64,000 bases of DNA from an uncultured Lyngbya sp. (GCA_964571155.1 CAZNCM010000001.1:291-64290); one strand, 5' to 3'; positions 1 to 10,718 are shown, counted from the stretch's first letter. Notes: generated by a model not told the origin, from the sequence alone. Numbers and translations: made by a program.

Positions 1-573
1 TGACGAAGATTGGTTTGTTGTTCTTGGAGAGAATATCTTAAATAACCAATCGCCAATTGATCGAGGACAAATTTTACCCGTTCTGGATTAGAATCTTTAT
101 AACGAATATTTAATATTTTTGTTTCTCCTTGTCTAAAAATAGATAATTTACTGATAATCGAACCATAACTCAATTCCGGATATTGTTGAGAAATTTCATT
201 TTCAATAATTTTATTAATCAGTTGAGGACTTTTTAAGATTTGAATTTGAGTCTCATAATCTAGAGAAGTTTCAGTAACTTTTCCTCCGTAACTATTGGTG
301 AGTCCCGCCAGTTTATTAGAACTTTTTACAGGTTCGACTAAGAGTTGAAAACCAGATTGATAAACAACGGGTTTTCTGACAGCTTGTAACGTCATTGTCG
401 CCGCCACTGCAAAAGCTACACTGGTAATTAAAATAACGCGACGCTGAATAATCGCCAAAATTTGACCAAAATTATTTTCTTCTCATTTGATTTTGATAAA
501 AGGAAGGGAGAGAGGAAAGGGATTTTTCAGACTTTGATGAAACTAATTTTTCGGAGTTAGATGGAGTAGCCAT
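1..573 (-). CDS. wzc: Wzc/GumC-family polysaccharide co-polymerase, N-terminal part (runs off window)
   Basis: Manual translation from ATG at 573: MATPSNSEK...ILAIIQRRVILITSVAFAVAATMTL (TM)...YQSGFQLLVEP...LDYETQIQILKS, typical of a cyanobacterial Wzc N-terminus; lies directly downstream of wza. Confidence 0.85.
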
Positions 574-721
574 AGGAGAAATGGTTAAGTTAAGAAAGCG
601 GAAAAGTTAAAATTGCTTCAAAATCTCCTTCACTCCTGCTGATTAAGATTCCGTAAGCAAAACTGTTCTTTGGGTGTATATTCTCTCGCGTGAGACTGGA
701 AACTGAAAGGAAGTTATACTG

Positions 722-3031
722 TTAAAATAAACGCTCAATCAATTGAAAAATGATTCCAAACGGTGAAGTTGCATTCAGAATATTACCAAGATCATCGGAG
801 AGTTGATTTAATCCCGTTGGTCGGACAACAATAATATCATTATTTCGCAGCGTTGGGTTATTTTCTTCTGTAATTCCTTCTGCAAAATTAACACTAATCT
901 CTCGCTTTTCTAAGGTACCATCGGGAGATAAACGAATTAACTCGACTGCTCCTTCATAAGCTCGATTATTAAAGCCTCCAGCCGCTAAAATGGCTTGACT
1001 CAAAGGAGTATTGGGGGGAACATCTAAAATTCCGGGACGCAAAACTTCTCCAACAAAGTTCACTTTAATGCTACTGGGAGAAAGGGTACTTCTAGCCAAA
1101 TCATTCACTTCGTTTGGAGTGAGTTGATCGGCGGTGGGAATCATAATAGTATCCCCCGTTTTTAAGATCACATCTTGACGCAAATCTCCTTGTTGAATTA
1201 AAGCAAATAAGTTGACATTAATTGTTTCTTCGGTGCCATTGCGGTTAAGACGTTTCACTTGAATTTGACGTAAATTAGCCGATGAAGTAATTCCTCCGGC
1301 TTGTTGAATGGCTTGAGTAACAGTTAGGAATCCACCACTCGCACTATCGGCGGTTAAATTATAAGGCCCAGGACGCACAACTTCTCCCACAATTGCGACT
1401 TTCATGGGTTTTGATTCTGCCGAATATAAGTTATTATTAACAAGCTGGGGAGCTTCTGCTAAATCCACATCAGTGAGAGTTGGGATAATAATTGTATCGC
1501 CATTTTTTAAGATCACATCTTGACGTAAATCTCCCCCTTGCAAGAGTGCAAATAAATCCACATCAATAATTTGTTCTTGACCATTATTGAGGGAACGACG
1601 GACTTTGACTTGACGTAAATTGGCTGTTGAGGTAATTCCACCTGCTTCTTGAATTGCACGAGTAACGGTTAACACAGCACCTCCACTTCCGGTTTGTAGG
1701 GTATAGGAACCCGGTTGAAAGACTTCACCCACAATCGCAATTTTAGCGGGAAGGGGTTCAGTGGGATAAAGGTTATTATTGGCGAGTTGGGGTGCTTCTG
1801 TGAGATCGACCCGAGTTAAGGTGGGAATGATAATTTTATCATCATCTCTTAAGGTTAAATCCTGGCGCAAATCGCCACTTTGAAACAAATCCCACAAATT
1901 TACCGCGATGATTTGTTCCCGTCCTGAACCCATTTTTCGCTGTACTTTGACTTCTCTTAAATTAGCCGATTGGGTAATTCCTCCAGCGAGTTGAATGGCT
2001 TGGGTAATGGTGGGAAATTCGGTCGGATTGACTTGCAGTTGTAAAGCATAAGCACCCGGACGAGTCACTTCTCCGGCGATCGCAATATTTAACGGTCTAG
2101 CGGAAACTAAAGTGACGGTAACTTCAGGATTTTTCATGGTTTGAGAAAATCGGGCTTCTAGATTTCTCTCCAGTTGTAAAATCGTCATTCCAGCGACTTT
2201 AAATTGACCGAGAAGGGGCATATTAATCAAGCCATTAGTTAAGATAGCATATTCACCATTGTGTTCGGGGAAGTTAGCAACAAAAACGGCGATACGATCC
2301 CCTCCTCCTAGATTATAGTCTGTATTTTCAGCAACTTCGATGGCTTGAATTGTAGGGGCAGAACTCGGAGAATTTTGGGGTGGTAATGGGGTTCTCTGAG
2401 GCGGATTATTTCGAGGGTTGTTGCCTGTTTGAATCAGGGTTGGGGCTTCTCCTAGACTGACTAAAGCTTGATAGACAAAAGCAGAAAGTTCTGCAAGGGT
2501 TGCACTTTTATTGGGGTTTAAAACCCGGATATTTGGATAGTTAACAATTAAACGATTTTCAGTCGCCGCTGCAACTTGACTTAAGTTTGATTTCGGTATA
2601 TTATGAGCATCAATAAAGTAACGACTTAAGCTCTCAGGTGTAATTTGACGGGATTGCAAATTCAAAACTTGAACCAATGTCACCAAAGCTTCAAGGCGAG
2701 AAACGTTTTGATTGGGATCGATATCCGATTGGAGAGGATTAACGCCGAAAGCATTTTGAAGAATGGAGGAAAATTGAGCTTGAGTGACGAATTGATCCGG
2801 CTGAATTGAGTTGCTATCGAGAGGAGGAATAATCCCTCGTAGCACTAAAGGTTCAATAAAACTTCGCGCCCAATGTTGCCCAACTTGATGAGTAGAATTA
2901 GCTGAGTTGGGGAGAGAAGCAATTCTTTCTGAACTGGAGGTGAATGTTAGGGTCAAAGGATGCGGGGTCGCATCACAATTTCCAGAGGTCAGAATGCTCA
3001 GAGTTAAAACAGTCAGAATAGAAACACGCAT
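722..3031 (-). CDS. wza: Polysaccharide export protein with N-terminal SLH domains, Poly_export domain and repeated SLBB domains
   Basis: Signal peptide; SLH motifs (HWARSFIEPLV, SRLEALVTL); YNLGGGDRIAV...G.I.MPLLG Poly_export motif; four GEV.RPG.Y...AGG SLBB units. Confidence 0.9.
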   Translation of the reverse strand: MRVSILTVLTLSILTSGNCDATPHPLTLTFTSSSERIASLPNSANSTHQVGQHWARSFIEPLVLRGIIPPLDSNSIQPDQFVTQAQFSSILQNAFGVNPLQSDIDPNQNVSRLEALVTLVQVLNLQSRQITPESLSRYFIDAHNIPKSNLSQVAAATENRLIVNYPNIRVLNPNKSATLAELSAFVYQALVSLGEAPTLIQTGNNPRNNPPQRTPLPPQNSPSSAPTIQAIEVAENTDYNLGGGDRIAVFVANFPEHNGEYAILTNGLINMPLLGQFKVAGMTILQLERNLEARFSQTMKNPEVTVTLVSARPLNIAIAGEVTRPGAYALQLQVNPTEFPTITQAIQLAGGITQSANLREVKVQRKMGSGREQIIAVNLWDLFQSGDLRQDLTLRDDDKIIIPTLTRVDLTEAPQLANNNLYPTEPLPAKIAIVGEVFQPGSYTLQTGSGGAVLTVTRAIQEAGGITSTANLRQVKVRRSLNNGQEQIIDVDLFALLQGGDLRQDVILKNGDTIIIPTLTDVDLAEAPQLVNNNLYSAESKPMKVAIVGEVVRPGPYNLTADSASGGFLTVTQAIQQAGGITSSANLRQIQVKRLNRNGTEETINVNLFALIQQGDLRQDVILKTGDTIMIPTADQLTPNEVNDLARSTLSPSSIKVNFVGEVLRPGILDVPPNTPLSQAILAAGGFNNRAYEGAVELIRLSPDGTLEKREISVNFAEGITEENNPTLRNNDIIVVRPTGLNQLSDDLGNILNATSPFGIIFQLIERLF

Positions 3032-3373
3032 GAACGTTGTTTGGGTGCTGGACTGAACAAATGATAAATTAGCAAAAACAAATTGGAATTTAAAAGGGGA
3101 ATAAAAGCGGATATTTTGTGAATGATATCACCCCGAAAACAGCAACAATGATCAAGAAAGACTATCTAGATTTACGAAGTGTTTGTCACCCATCCGGAGA
3201 TCAGCAAAATTACTGTTGATTCATCCGGATAGTGATCGCATAACTCGTATATTTGGAGAGTGTGCGGAAGTAAAATTCTACTCGATCTAACCCGAACTTC
3301 CGTATAATTTCGAGTTGGGGGGCTTGATTTTGCGACTCAGATTGAGGTCGGAACCCGGTGAGGTTCTCTTGCG

Positions 3374-4780
3374 ATGGGAATGCCGACCCAGAGAAACAGA
3401 AACCCTGAATTGACTATGAGTGTGATCAATAATTCCGCCCTCAGCTGTCTTGCTACCGCAGTCGGCTGTACACTGACAGGTATGGCTGTCAACGAACATC
3501 TCGAGCAGCCCGACCCAATCGGCCCGATTAAACTCGGTGTTCAGCAAAATCCCCTGATGGATGCTGAGGATTTGATGGTTGCCGCCTCAGATGGCGTTGA
3601 ACAGTCCATTGCTCCACCCCGACAGATGTTCACCCAAGACTTGACACCTTCGGTTAAAGCTGATGATTTTTCCAATTTTAGACCACATGAGCCAGAAATT
3701 TGGCAACAGTCGCCACTCGATATTGGTAATTTAGTGGTTAAGGCTCGCCCACTTCCTCGGATTGAACAGCCCAATGTCAAACCGACGGGGAATTTTAGCA
3801 ACGAGTATTTTCCCGACTACCTCAACTTTGACGGTGATGCTCAGGCCCCAGAACCGATTGAGATAGCGACCGAAAAATTACCACAGCCAGAAATCATCAA
3901 TGAACCGATGGCTGTTTCTGCCTTTCCATCTGCGTTACAGCCTGTTCCTGCTCCACCTCCTCTGTTTGACGGTGAACCGGTAGGGGGTGAATATATCGTT
4001 GAACCTGAGACGATAATTAGCAATAGTTTTGAGGGCGTTTATCCAGATAATATTGTTCCCCAAGAGCAATTGTCTAACCGTTCTTCAACAAATGCAACTC
4101 AATATATTGTTGAACCTCAGTCGATGAGAAGGGCGACTCCTATACCGCAGCAGGGTAGGGAAAATTCACAAGCTTCAATGCCTGAATTTTCTATTGCTAA
4201 TTCGGCTAAACTTGCGGCTCAATACGTGGTTGAACCTCGAACCGTGATGGCAGTTTTTCCGAATGAACAATCCCCAGAAATTTTATCAACTTCCGAGGTA
4301 AATCGTCAGAGAGATGGGGAAGTCACTGATTCCCGACCTCAAAATCCCAGAGTTTCTAGAACTTCGAGATCCAATCCATCTCAAATCAGCGTTGCATCTA
4401 CAGTTAATTCTTCAGTTTCGGCAACCAATCCCAGACCTAAATTATTGCAAAAATTAGTTGAACCTTATCAACTTCCCTCAGAAGTGCGAATGGATGAGGT
4501 TGTTTCTCCGGTCACTTCTACCCCTAAAAATAATCAAATTAATTCACAGATAGCAGTTAATTCAGCCGATGAAAAAACTGAAGTTATTGTGGCAGTTGAG
4601 TCTGAGTTAAACACCGCTTCAGAAGCGATGATTGAAGACCCCAATACCGAAACCGAACAAATGCCAAGTTTATTAAGAAAACTGGTTGAATCTTACAATG
4701 TATCATCAGACGTTATACATGATATCAAAGTTTCTCCCTCTCCTTTAAAAGCATCCGAATCTAAATTTGCACAGAACTAA
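3374..4780 (+). CDS. Hypothetical low-complexity Pro/Ser/Glu-rich protein with N-terminal hydrophobic segment (likely start ATG 3416)
   Basis: 468-codon ORF divergent from wza; repeated Y(I/V)VEP and LL.KLVE.Y motifs. Confidence 0.65.
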   Translation: MGMPTQRNRNPELTMSVINNSALSCLATAVGCTLTGMAVNEHLEQPDPIGPIKLGVQQNPLMDAEDLMVAASDGVEQSIAPPRQMFTQDLTPSVKADDFSNFRPHEPEIWQQSPLDIGNLVVKARPLPRIEQPNVKPTGNFSNEYFPDYLNFDGDAQAPEPIEIATEKLPQPEIINEPMAVSAFPSALQPVPAPPPLFDGEPVGGEYIVEPETIISNSFEGVYPDNIVPQEQLSNRSSTNATQYIVEPQSMRRATPIPQQGRENSQASMPEFSIANSAKLAAQYVVEPRTVMAVFPNEQSPEILSTSEVNRQRDGEVTDSRPQNPRVSRTSRSNPSQISVASTVNSSVSATNPRPKLLQKLVEPYQLPSEVRMDEVVSPVTSTPKNNQINSQIAVNSADEKTEVIVAVESELNTASEAMIEDPNTETEQMPSLLRKLVESYNVSSDVIHDIKVSPSPLKASESKFAQN

Positions 4781-4887
4781 GTGATCTATCAATGATCAGG
4801 GATAGCAAGAATAGTTGAATCTAAGACTCTGTTGGAGTTTCGATATCTTTGATCTCAAGCAAGCAGAGTCTTATTCAACTTCAGGAT

Positions 4888-5007
4888 TTTACAAAACTAG
4901 GGGATTTATAAAGCTTATTCCTAAGCAGCTTTACAAAACCAGGGGATTTGTAAAACTCCAGAGGTCAATCCGGATAGTGAAGTTTTATTTAGTAAAAAGG
5001 AGTGAAA
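4888..5007 (+). promoter_or_regulatory. Paired TTTACAAA-N9-TTT(A/G)TAAA boxes + TCCGGA + GGAGTGA element upstream of the glycan operon
   Basis: Boxes at 4888-4912 and 4930-4954 (second has perfectly inverted arms), TCCGGA 4969-4974, GGAGTGA from 4999; same layout recurs at 34.2 and 35.3 kb. Confidence 0.65.
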
Positions 5008-5065
5008 ACAAAACCTGTTTTTATAACCTTAAATCCGGTCTGATTTATCTTCATTAATTCTATTT

Positions 5066-5896
5066 ATGACCCTAAACTCTACCGAATTAATCATTGAATC
5101 TGGTCGAGTAGAACGCCAATATTGGCAAGACTTGTGGCGATACAGAGAGTTGTTTTACTTTCTCTCTTGGCGGGATATTTTAGTTCGTTACAAGCAAACG
5201 ATTATTGGGATAGCTTAGGCATTAATTCGACCGTTTTTAGCAATGGTTGTATTTACTGTGGTATTTGGTAAAATCGCCAAACTTCCATCAGATGGAGTTC
5301 CCTACCCAATTTTAGTATTTGCGGCGATGCTTCCTTGGCAATTTTTTTCTAATTCTCTGACAAACTGTAGTAATAGTTTGATTGGAAATGCTAATTTAAT
5401 TTCTAAGGTTTATTTTCCGCGATTAATTGTACCTGTTAGTGCAGTTGTTGTTAGTTTTGTTGACTTTCTGGTTTCCGGAATGATTTTACTGGGATTAATG
5501 GCTTGGTATAACTTTATTCCCAGTTGGCGAATTATTACATTACCATTATTTGTTTTGATTGCAGTTTTAGCTTCTGTAGGAGGAGGGTTGTGGTTTGCAT
5601 CACTAAATGTCAAATATCGCGATTTTCGCTATGTTGTGCCGTTTGTAGTTCAGTTTGGTCAGTATATTTCCCCCGTTGGATTTAGTAGTAGTATTGTTCC
5701 AGAAGATTTGAAATTTTTTTATTATCTCAATCCTCTTGTTGGGGTAATTGATGGGTTTCGTTGGGCAATAATCGGCGGAGACACTCAGATTTACTGGTTG
5801 GGATTTAGTTTGTCTGTTGGATTGGTTTTACTCATATTTGCCACAGGAGTTTGGTACTTCCGAAAAACAGAGCGAACTTTTGCTGATGTGATTTAA
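5066..5896 (+). pseudogene. wzm: ABC-2 polysaccharide exporter permease interrupted by in-frame TAG
   Basis: ATG 5066 reads MTLNSTELIIESGRVERQYWQDLWRYRELFYFLSWRDILVRYKQTIIGIA*ALIRPFLAMVVF; TAG at 5216-5218 replaces the family's conserved Trp; the track ORF 5243..5896 is the downstream remainder. Confidence 0.8.
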
Positions 5897-5970
5897 TTCA
5901 AAAAAATTACACATTCTTCCGGAAAAGTTCATCAAACTTAGCAATTAGGGAACAGTAATTCTTCAAACAT

Positions 5971-7194
5971 ATGTCTGAGACAATTATTCAGGTCGAAAAC
6001 TTAGGCAAAAAATACATTATTGGTCATCAAAAACAGGAGCGTTATGCGACGCTGCGAGATCAGATGGCAAATGGGGCTAAGTCTTTAGGACAAAGTTTAC
6101 TCAAACCTTTTGGAAAACAAAGCAATGATCCCAGTAGTGAAGAATTCTGGGCATTAAAAGACTTATCCTTTGAGATTAAAGAAGGGGATAGAGTCGGAGT
6201 TATTGGTCATAATGGCGCGGGTAAATCGACCCTCTTAAAAATTCTGAGCCGCATTACAGAACCCACAACAGGAAGAATTACAATTAAAGGCAGAGTCGCG
6301 AGTTTATTGGAGGTAGGAACTGGATTTCATCAAGAGTTAACCGGGCGAGAGAATATCTTTCTTAATGGGGCAATCTTGGGGATGAGCAAAGCAGAAATTG
6401 TGGCTTTTTCTGAAGTCGAGAAATATCTCGATACACCCGTAAAAAAATATTCTTCTGGAATGCGAGTTCGTTTAGCTTTTGCAGTTGCCGCCCATCTAGA
6501 ACCCGAGATTTTAATCGTTGATGAAGTCTTGGCAGTTGGGGATATTGCCTTCCAAAATAAATGTCTTGGCAAGATGGAAGATATCACCGAAAATCAAGGC
6601 AGAACAGTGTTATTTGTCAGCCACCAAATGGCAGCAGTTCGTAAGTTGTGTAATGTTGCTTATTGGCTAGAGCGAGGAACTGATGACATCATTGATTCCT
6701 ATGAAAAGCACATGATTAGTCGAGCTAGCTCTCAATTAAACGGTAAGATTGTTAATGAAGAACATGGACTTGAACTTCACAGTATTGATGCTTTTATCGA
6801 AGATGATGAAAGCACATCAACACTCAAAGTTGAAGTCAAGGGTTATGCTCAAAAACTAATTTCACGTTTAGGTATTGCAGTTCAGATCACGACTTCAGAT
6901 GGAATACTAATTTCTAATATTTGGCCTCGCATGGCGAACTCATTTTTAGATAATATTCAAGGAAACTGGAATTGTGCATTTGAATATCAAAATATTATTC
7001 GATATTTAGGAGGAGGAGACTATATTATTAATATTATTATTAATCAGCCGAATATGGGAATAATTTTGAAAGTTGAAGATGCGGCTATTATTCAGATACC
7101 GACAATAGATGTCTATGGAGTAGGAAATTATTTTTCCTGGCGTCAACATGGAATTGTTCCATTACCTGTTAATTTTTGTTATCAAAAAGGATAA
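5971..7194 (+). CDS. wzt: ABC polysaccharide exporter ATPase with C-terminal Wzt_C-like domain; two apparent in-frame deletions
   Basis: Walker A GHNGAGKST, YSSGM signature, Walker B ILIVDEVLAVGD, VSH. Confidence 0.88.
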   Translation: MSETIIQVENLGKKYIIGHQKQERYATLRDQMANGAKSLGQSLLKPFGKQSNDPSSEEFWALKDLSFEIKEGDRVGVIGHNGAGKSTLLKILSRITEPTTGRITIKGRVASLLEVGTGFHQELTGRENIFLNGAILGMSKAEIVAFSEVEKYLDTPVKKYSSGMRVRLAFAVAAHLEPEILIVDEVLAVGDIAFQNKCLGKMEDITENQGRTVLFVSHQMAAVRKLCNVAYWLERGTDDIIDSYEKHMISRASSQLNGKIVNEEHGLELHSIDAFIEDDESTSTLKVEVKGYAQKLISRLGIAVQITTSDGILISNIWPRMANSFLDNIQGNWNCAFEYQNIIRYLGGGDYIINIIINQPNMGIILKVEDAAIIQIPTIDVYGVGNYFSWRQHGIVPLPVNFCYQKG

Positions 7195-7200
7195 TTTATA

Positions 7201-8061
7201 ATGAACTTTAGAAATGATCCCGTTGTAATCGCAGCCATAGGTGGTTCTGGAACTCGCGTCTTTGCAAGAATTATTCGCCATGCTGGTTTATTTATTGGCA
7301 ATGATTTAAATCAGCAAGAAGACTCTCAACCCTTTATTGATTTTTATAATATTTGGATTCCTTTATACATCCAAAAATTATATGATCATGATGACGGCAT
7401 CTACCAGGTTTTAAAGAAAGATTTTTTGAATGGTGTTGAGCAGCATTTGTGTGGAATAGACAACTCAAATACAATCTGGGGAATTAAAAACCCAAAAGCA
7501 ATTCACATGATTCCATTATGGCATGATGTTTTTCCAGATATGAAGTTTATTCATGTTGTTCGTAATGGCTTAGATATTGTTTATTCAAATAATCAAGGTC
7601 AGTTTGAATGTTACAAAGATTTAATCTTCAATCGTAGGACTGAAAATGTATATAGCCACTCTGGCAAAATATTATTTTGGTCTAGAGTAAATCGACTCGC
7701 ATCTGAATATGGAGAAACTTATTTAAAAGATAGATATTTAAGAATTCGTTTTGAAGATTTGTGTCTTCAACCTCAAACAGTTATTAAAAAAATCTTTGAA
7801 TTTTTAGAAATTTATGATTCAAATAAGCTAGCTAATGCAATTTCTGAGGTTTCTTATAAAAAGACTATAAATCGCTGGAAAAAGCGTCCAGTGAGAGAAA
7901 TCTATGAAATCATGAAAGCAGGTCAGCCGGAATTAGAATATTTTGGTTACTGGGACTCGAACACCTGGCAACAAATTGAAAAAGCTGTACAATTACCTCG
8001 CTTACAACGTCTAATATTTCAACATCTCAAAATGAAACACTTAACTCCAAAGTCAAGCTAA
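7201..8061 (+). CDS. Sulfotransferase family protein
   Basis: PAPS-binding loop GGSGTR, WGIKNP, VRNGLD, RFEDL. Confidence 0.8.
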   Translation: MNFRNDPVVIAAIGGSGTRVFARIIRHAGLFIGNDLNQQEDSQPFIDFYNIWIPLYIQKLYDHDDGIYQVLKKDFLNGVEQHLCGIDNSNTIWGIKNPKAIHMIPLWHDVFPDMKFIHVVRNGLDIVYSNNQGQFECYKDLIFNRRTENVYSHSGKILFWSRVNRLASEYGETYLKDRYLRIRFEDLCLQPQTVIKKIFEFLEIYDSNKLANAISEVSYKKTINRWKKRPVREIYEIMKAGQPELEYFGYWDSNTWQQIEKAVQLPRLQRLIFQHLKMKHLTPKSS

Positions 8062-8108
8062 GTATCTGTAAGTCAGAAGTTGAGTGAAATTTTATTAGAG
8101 ACTTAAGC

Positions 8109-8870
8109 ATGAGTATGAGTATTACGAAAGTACACTTGAAAAGTTCAGTCAAAAAAATTTTCAACTCTCTCAGCCCAGTTAAACGGCTAATGTATCTAAC
8201 AGGTGCAAAAAAAATTCATTGCTTGGGAGATAGCCATACTTCAATGTTTGAGTATATGTCAAAAAATCAAGTTTGGATTCATACTCAATTTAACTTTTGT
8301 ATCGTTCCTGGGGCAACTGCCCTCGGTTTAGCCAATCCTAAATCTAAGACTAATGCTTTAACTATCTTTCAAAAATATATTTTTTCGCTACCTAAAAATG
8401 AAACCTTACTATTTTGTCTTGGTGAAGTTGACTGTGGTTTTTTAATTTGGCTTTTGGCTCAAAAGAATCACTGTTCAGTAGAAGAAAAATTTAATTTATC
8501 ATTACAGAATTACCTATCATTTTTAAAAAGCGTAAAGCAGCAAGGTTTTAAAAAAATATTAATCTGTAGCACTCCTTTACCGACAATTTTTGACAATCCA
8601 GATTGGGGGGAAGTTGCAGAACTTCGTCGTGAGATCAAAGCAACTTTGAGGCAAAGAACAGATTTAACAATAGAGTATAACAAAAAACTTTATGAATGTT
8701 CTTGTAGAGAAGATTATAAGTTTATTAATCTTGAAAAAGATATTCTTGACACTCAGACTGGAGTGATCAACCATAAATTTCGTCATCCTAATCCTTTAAA
8801 TCATCATTTAAACAACAAAAAAGTTTCACCTTTTCTCTCTTTTTATTTAAGAAAAATGGGTTATTGGTAA
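8109..8870 (+). CDS. SGNH/GDSL hydrolase family protein
   Basis: LGDSH block I, GATA block II, GEVD block III, C-terminal NHHL. Confidence 0.75.
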   Translation: MSMSITKVHLKSSVKKIFNSLSPVKRLMYLTGAKKIHCLGDSHTSMFEYMSKNQVWIHTQFNFCIVPGATALGLANPKSKTNALTIFQKYIFSLPKNETLLFCLGEVDCGFLIWLLAQKNHCSVEEKFNLSLQNYLSFLKSVKQQGFKKILICSTPLPTIFDNPDWGEVAELRREIKATLRQRTDLTIEYNKKLYECSCREDYKFINLEKDILDTQTGVINHKFRHPNPLNHHLNNKKVSPFLSFYLRKMGYW

Positions 8871-8915
8871 AAACTTTATTAAGACTATTTAAAGTTAGTT
8901 AGAGGAGACTATTTA

Positions 8916-9692
8916 ATGAAAAATTGCTTAATACTAGGATCGGGTCGTAGTGGAACCAGTATGGTTGCGGGTACTCTTGCTCAGTCTGGTTATTTCATGG
9001 GCGATCAACTCATTCCTGCGCGTGATGGCAATCCCAAAGGATTTTTTGAGGATGTAAAAATTAATAGAATTAACGAGGAACTGCTGGCGCAAGTTTTACC
9101 CAAAAGACCTCGTTTTTTAGGACGTTATGTTTTTAAAGATCGTCCATTATATGGACAAAGATGGTTGGCTAAAGTGCCAGTTGGAACCACTATTCCCTCG
9201 AATCAACATTTAACCGATCAGATAAAGCGTCTTGTAAAAAATGAACCTTTTTGTTTTAAAGATCCTAGACTCTGTTATACACTTCCGGTCTGGAAATCCC
9301 ATTTAAAAAATGTTGTTTTTATTTGTGTATTTAGAGACCCAATCAGCACAATTAATAGTATAATGAAAGAGGTTAAATATGAGCCTCACCTACACCACTT
9401 TAATATTAACTCAAGACAAGCTTTAGAAATCTGGATGCTTATGTATCAGCATATCCTTCAACTTCATAAATCTGAAGGTGAATGGCTTTTCCTTCACTAC
9501 AATCAAGTTTTAAGTGGAGAAGGGCTAGAAAAGTTAGCAAAATTTACAGGTGCATCTGTAGACTATTCTTTTCCTGAAATATCTCTGCAACGCTCACAGC
9601 CTAATTGCTCTATTTCTCAAAATGCAAAAGTTATCTATCAGCAGCTTTGTAATTTATCAGGATATACAGAAGTAGTTCCGATCTCAATCTGA
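8916..9692 (+). CDS. Sulfotransferase family protein
   Basis: LGSGRSGTS, NPKGFFED, KDPR, RDP motifs. Confidence 0.82.
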   Translation: MKNCLILGSGRSGTSMVAGTLAQSGYFMGDQLIPARDGNPKGFFEDVKINRINEELLAQVLPKRPRFLGRYVFKDRPLYGQRWLAKVPVGTTIPSNQHLTDQIKRLVKNEPFCFKDPRLCYTLPVWKSHLKNVVFICVFRDPISTINSIMKEVKYEPHLHHFNINSRQALEIWMLMYQHILQLHKSEGEWLFLHYNQVLSGEGLEKLAKFTGASVDYSFPEISLQRSQPNCSISQNAKVIYQQLCNLSGYTEVVPISI

Positions 9693-9703
9693 ATTTAAGA
9701 GCT

Positions 9704-10666
9704 ATGAATATCAAAATTTCGGTAATTATTCCAACTTATAATCCTAATTTTTATCGCTTAAAGCGAGTTCTTGAAGGATTAAAATCACAAAGCCTTCATC
9801 ATCAGTATTGGGAAGTTATAATTGTTGACAATGCCTCTCCTAATACTGAAATATTTTCAAATCTTAATCTTTCTTGGCATCCCTCAGCAAAAATTATTCG
9901 AGAGGAAAATCTGGGTTTAACACGAGCAAGAACCGCAGGCATTCAATCAAGTCAGGGAGATTACCTAGTTTTTGTTGATGATGATAATGTTCTTGACTCG
10001 AATTATTTAAAAAATGTTATAGAAATTTTTCAGCAATATCCTGATGTTGGAGTCATTGGTGGGAAATCTTTACCCGAATTTGAAGTTGAACCAGAACCCT
10101 GGATAAATCAGTTTTCGGTTTGCCTAGCCTTAAGAGATTTAGGTGATCAAATTCAGCTTTACTCTTATAAAGATACGCCAAATTCAGATAAGCAACATCC
10201 AAAATTTGCCCCAATTGGTGCAGGTATGGCACTTAGAAAAAGTGCCGCTCAAGATTATATAAACACTCTTACAGAAAATCAAGAAAGATTAGCACTAGAT
10301 CGAACAGGTCGAAGTTTACAATCCGGGGGGGATTGTGATATAAATTTGACCGTTTTAGAGGCAGGTTGGAGAGTCGGATATTTTCCTCAACTTCAGCTTA
10401 CTCACCTCATGCCTGCCAGTCGCTTAACTAAAAAGTATCTGGCAAAAGTGAGCTTTGCTTCATCACGCTCATGGGTACAGGTTCTCGATTTGCATGGTAT
10501 TCGACCTTGGCAAAAAATCCCTCGTTGGACAGTATTACCGCGAAAATTTAGAGCATTTTTCCGTTACAAACCCTGGAAAGATGCAGTTTCATACATTCGA
10601 TGGCAAGCAGCTTGTGGAACTTTTGAAGGATTAGGTGCATTAACTTATCATAAATCAGTCAACTGA
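9704..10666 (+). CDS. Glycosyltransferase family 2
   Basis: SVIIPTYN, VDNAS, FVDDDN. Confidence 0.9.
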   Translation: MNIKISVIIPTYNPNFYRLKRVLEGLKSQSLHHQYWEVIIVDNASPNTEIFSNLNLSWHPSAKIIREENLGLTRARTAGIQSSQGDYLVFVDDDNVLDSNYLKNVIEIFQQYPDVGVIGGKSLPEFEVEPEPWINQFSVCLALRDLGDQIQLYSYKDTPNSDKQHPKFAPIGAGMALRKSAAQDYINTLTENQERLALDRTGRSLQSGGDCDINLTVLEAGWRVGYFPQLQLTHLMPASRLTKKYLAKVSFASSRSWVQVLDLHGIRPWQKIPRWTVLPRKFRAFFRYKPWKDAVSYIRWQAACGTFEGLGALTYHKSVN

Positions 10667-10718
10667 TTACAAAACTAAACTTTAGGCTAGAAATAATAGC
10701 GTTTTATACAACAATCAG

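Noticed and set aside
1140-2080. DNA repeats inside wza
   Set aside because: Explained by tandem SLBB domains
4888-4954. Two 25-bp repeats as a mini-CRISPR
   Set aside because: Only two units with a 17-bp spacer, no cas genes, and the motif recurs in promoter positions
4815-5057. 80-aa ORF with repeated YKTRGF
   Set aside because: The peptide repeat is just the translation of the paired operator boxes; TTG start and no coding features
5216-5218. Pyrrolysine or programmed TAG read-through in wzm
   Set aside because: No pyl genes in view, TAG is used as a normal stop elsewhere in the window, and a single TGG-to-TAG change explains it
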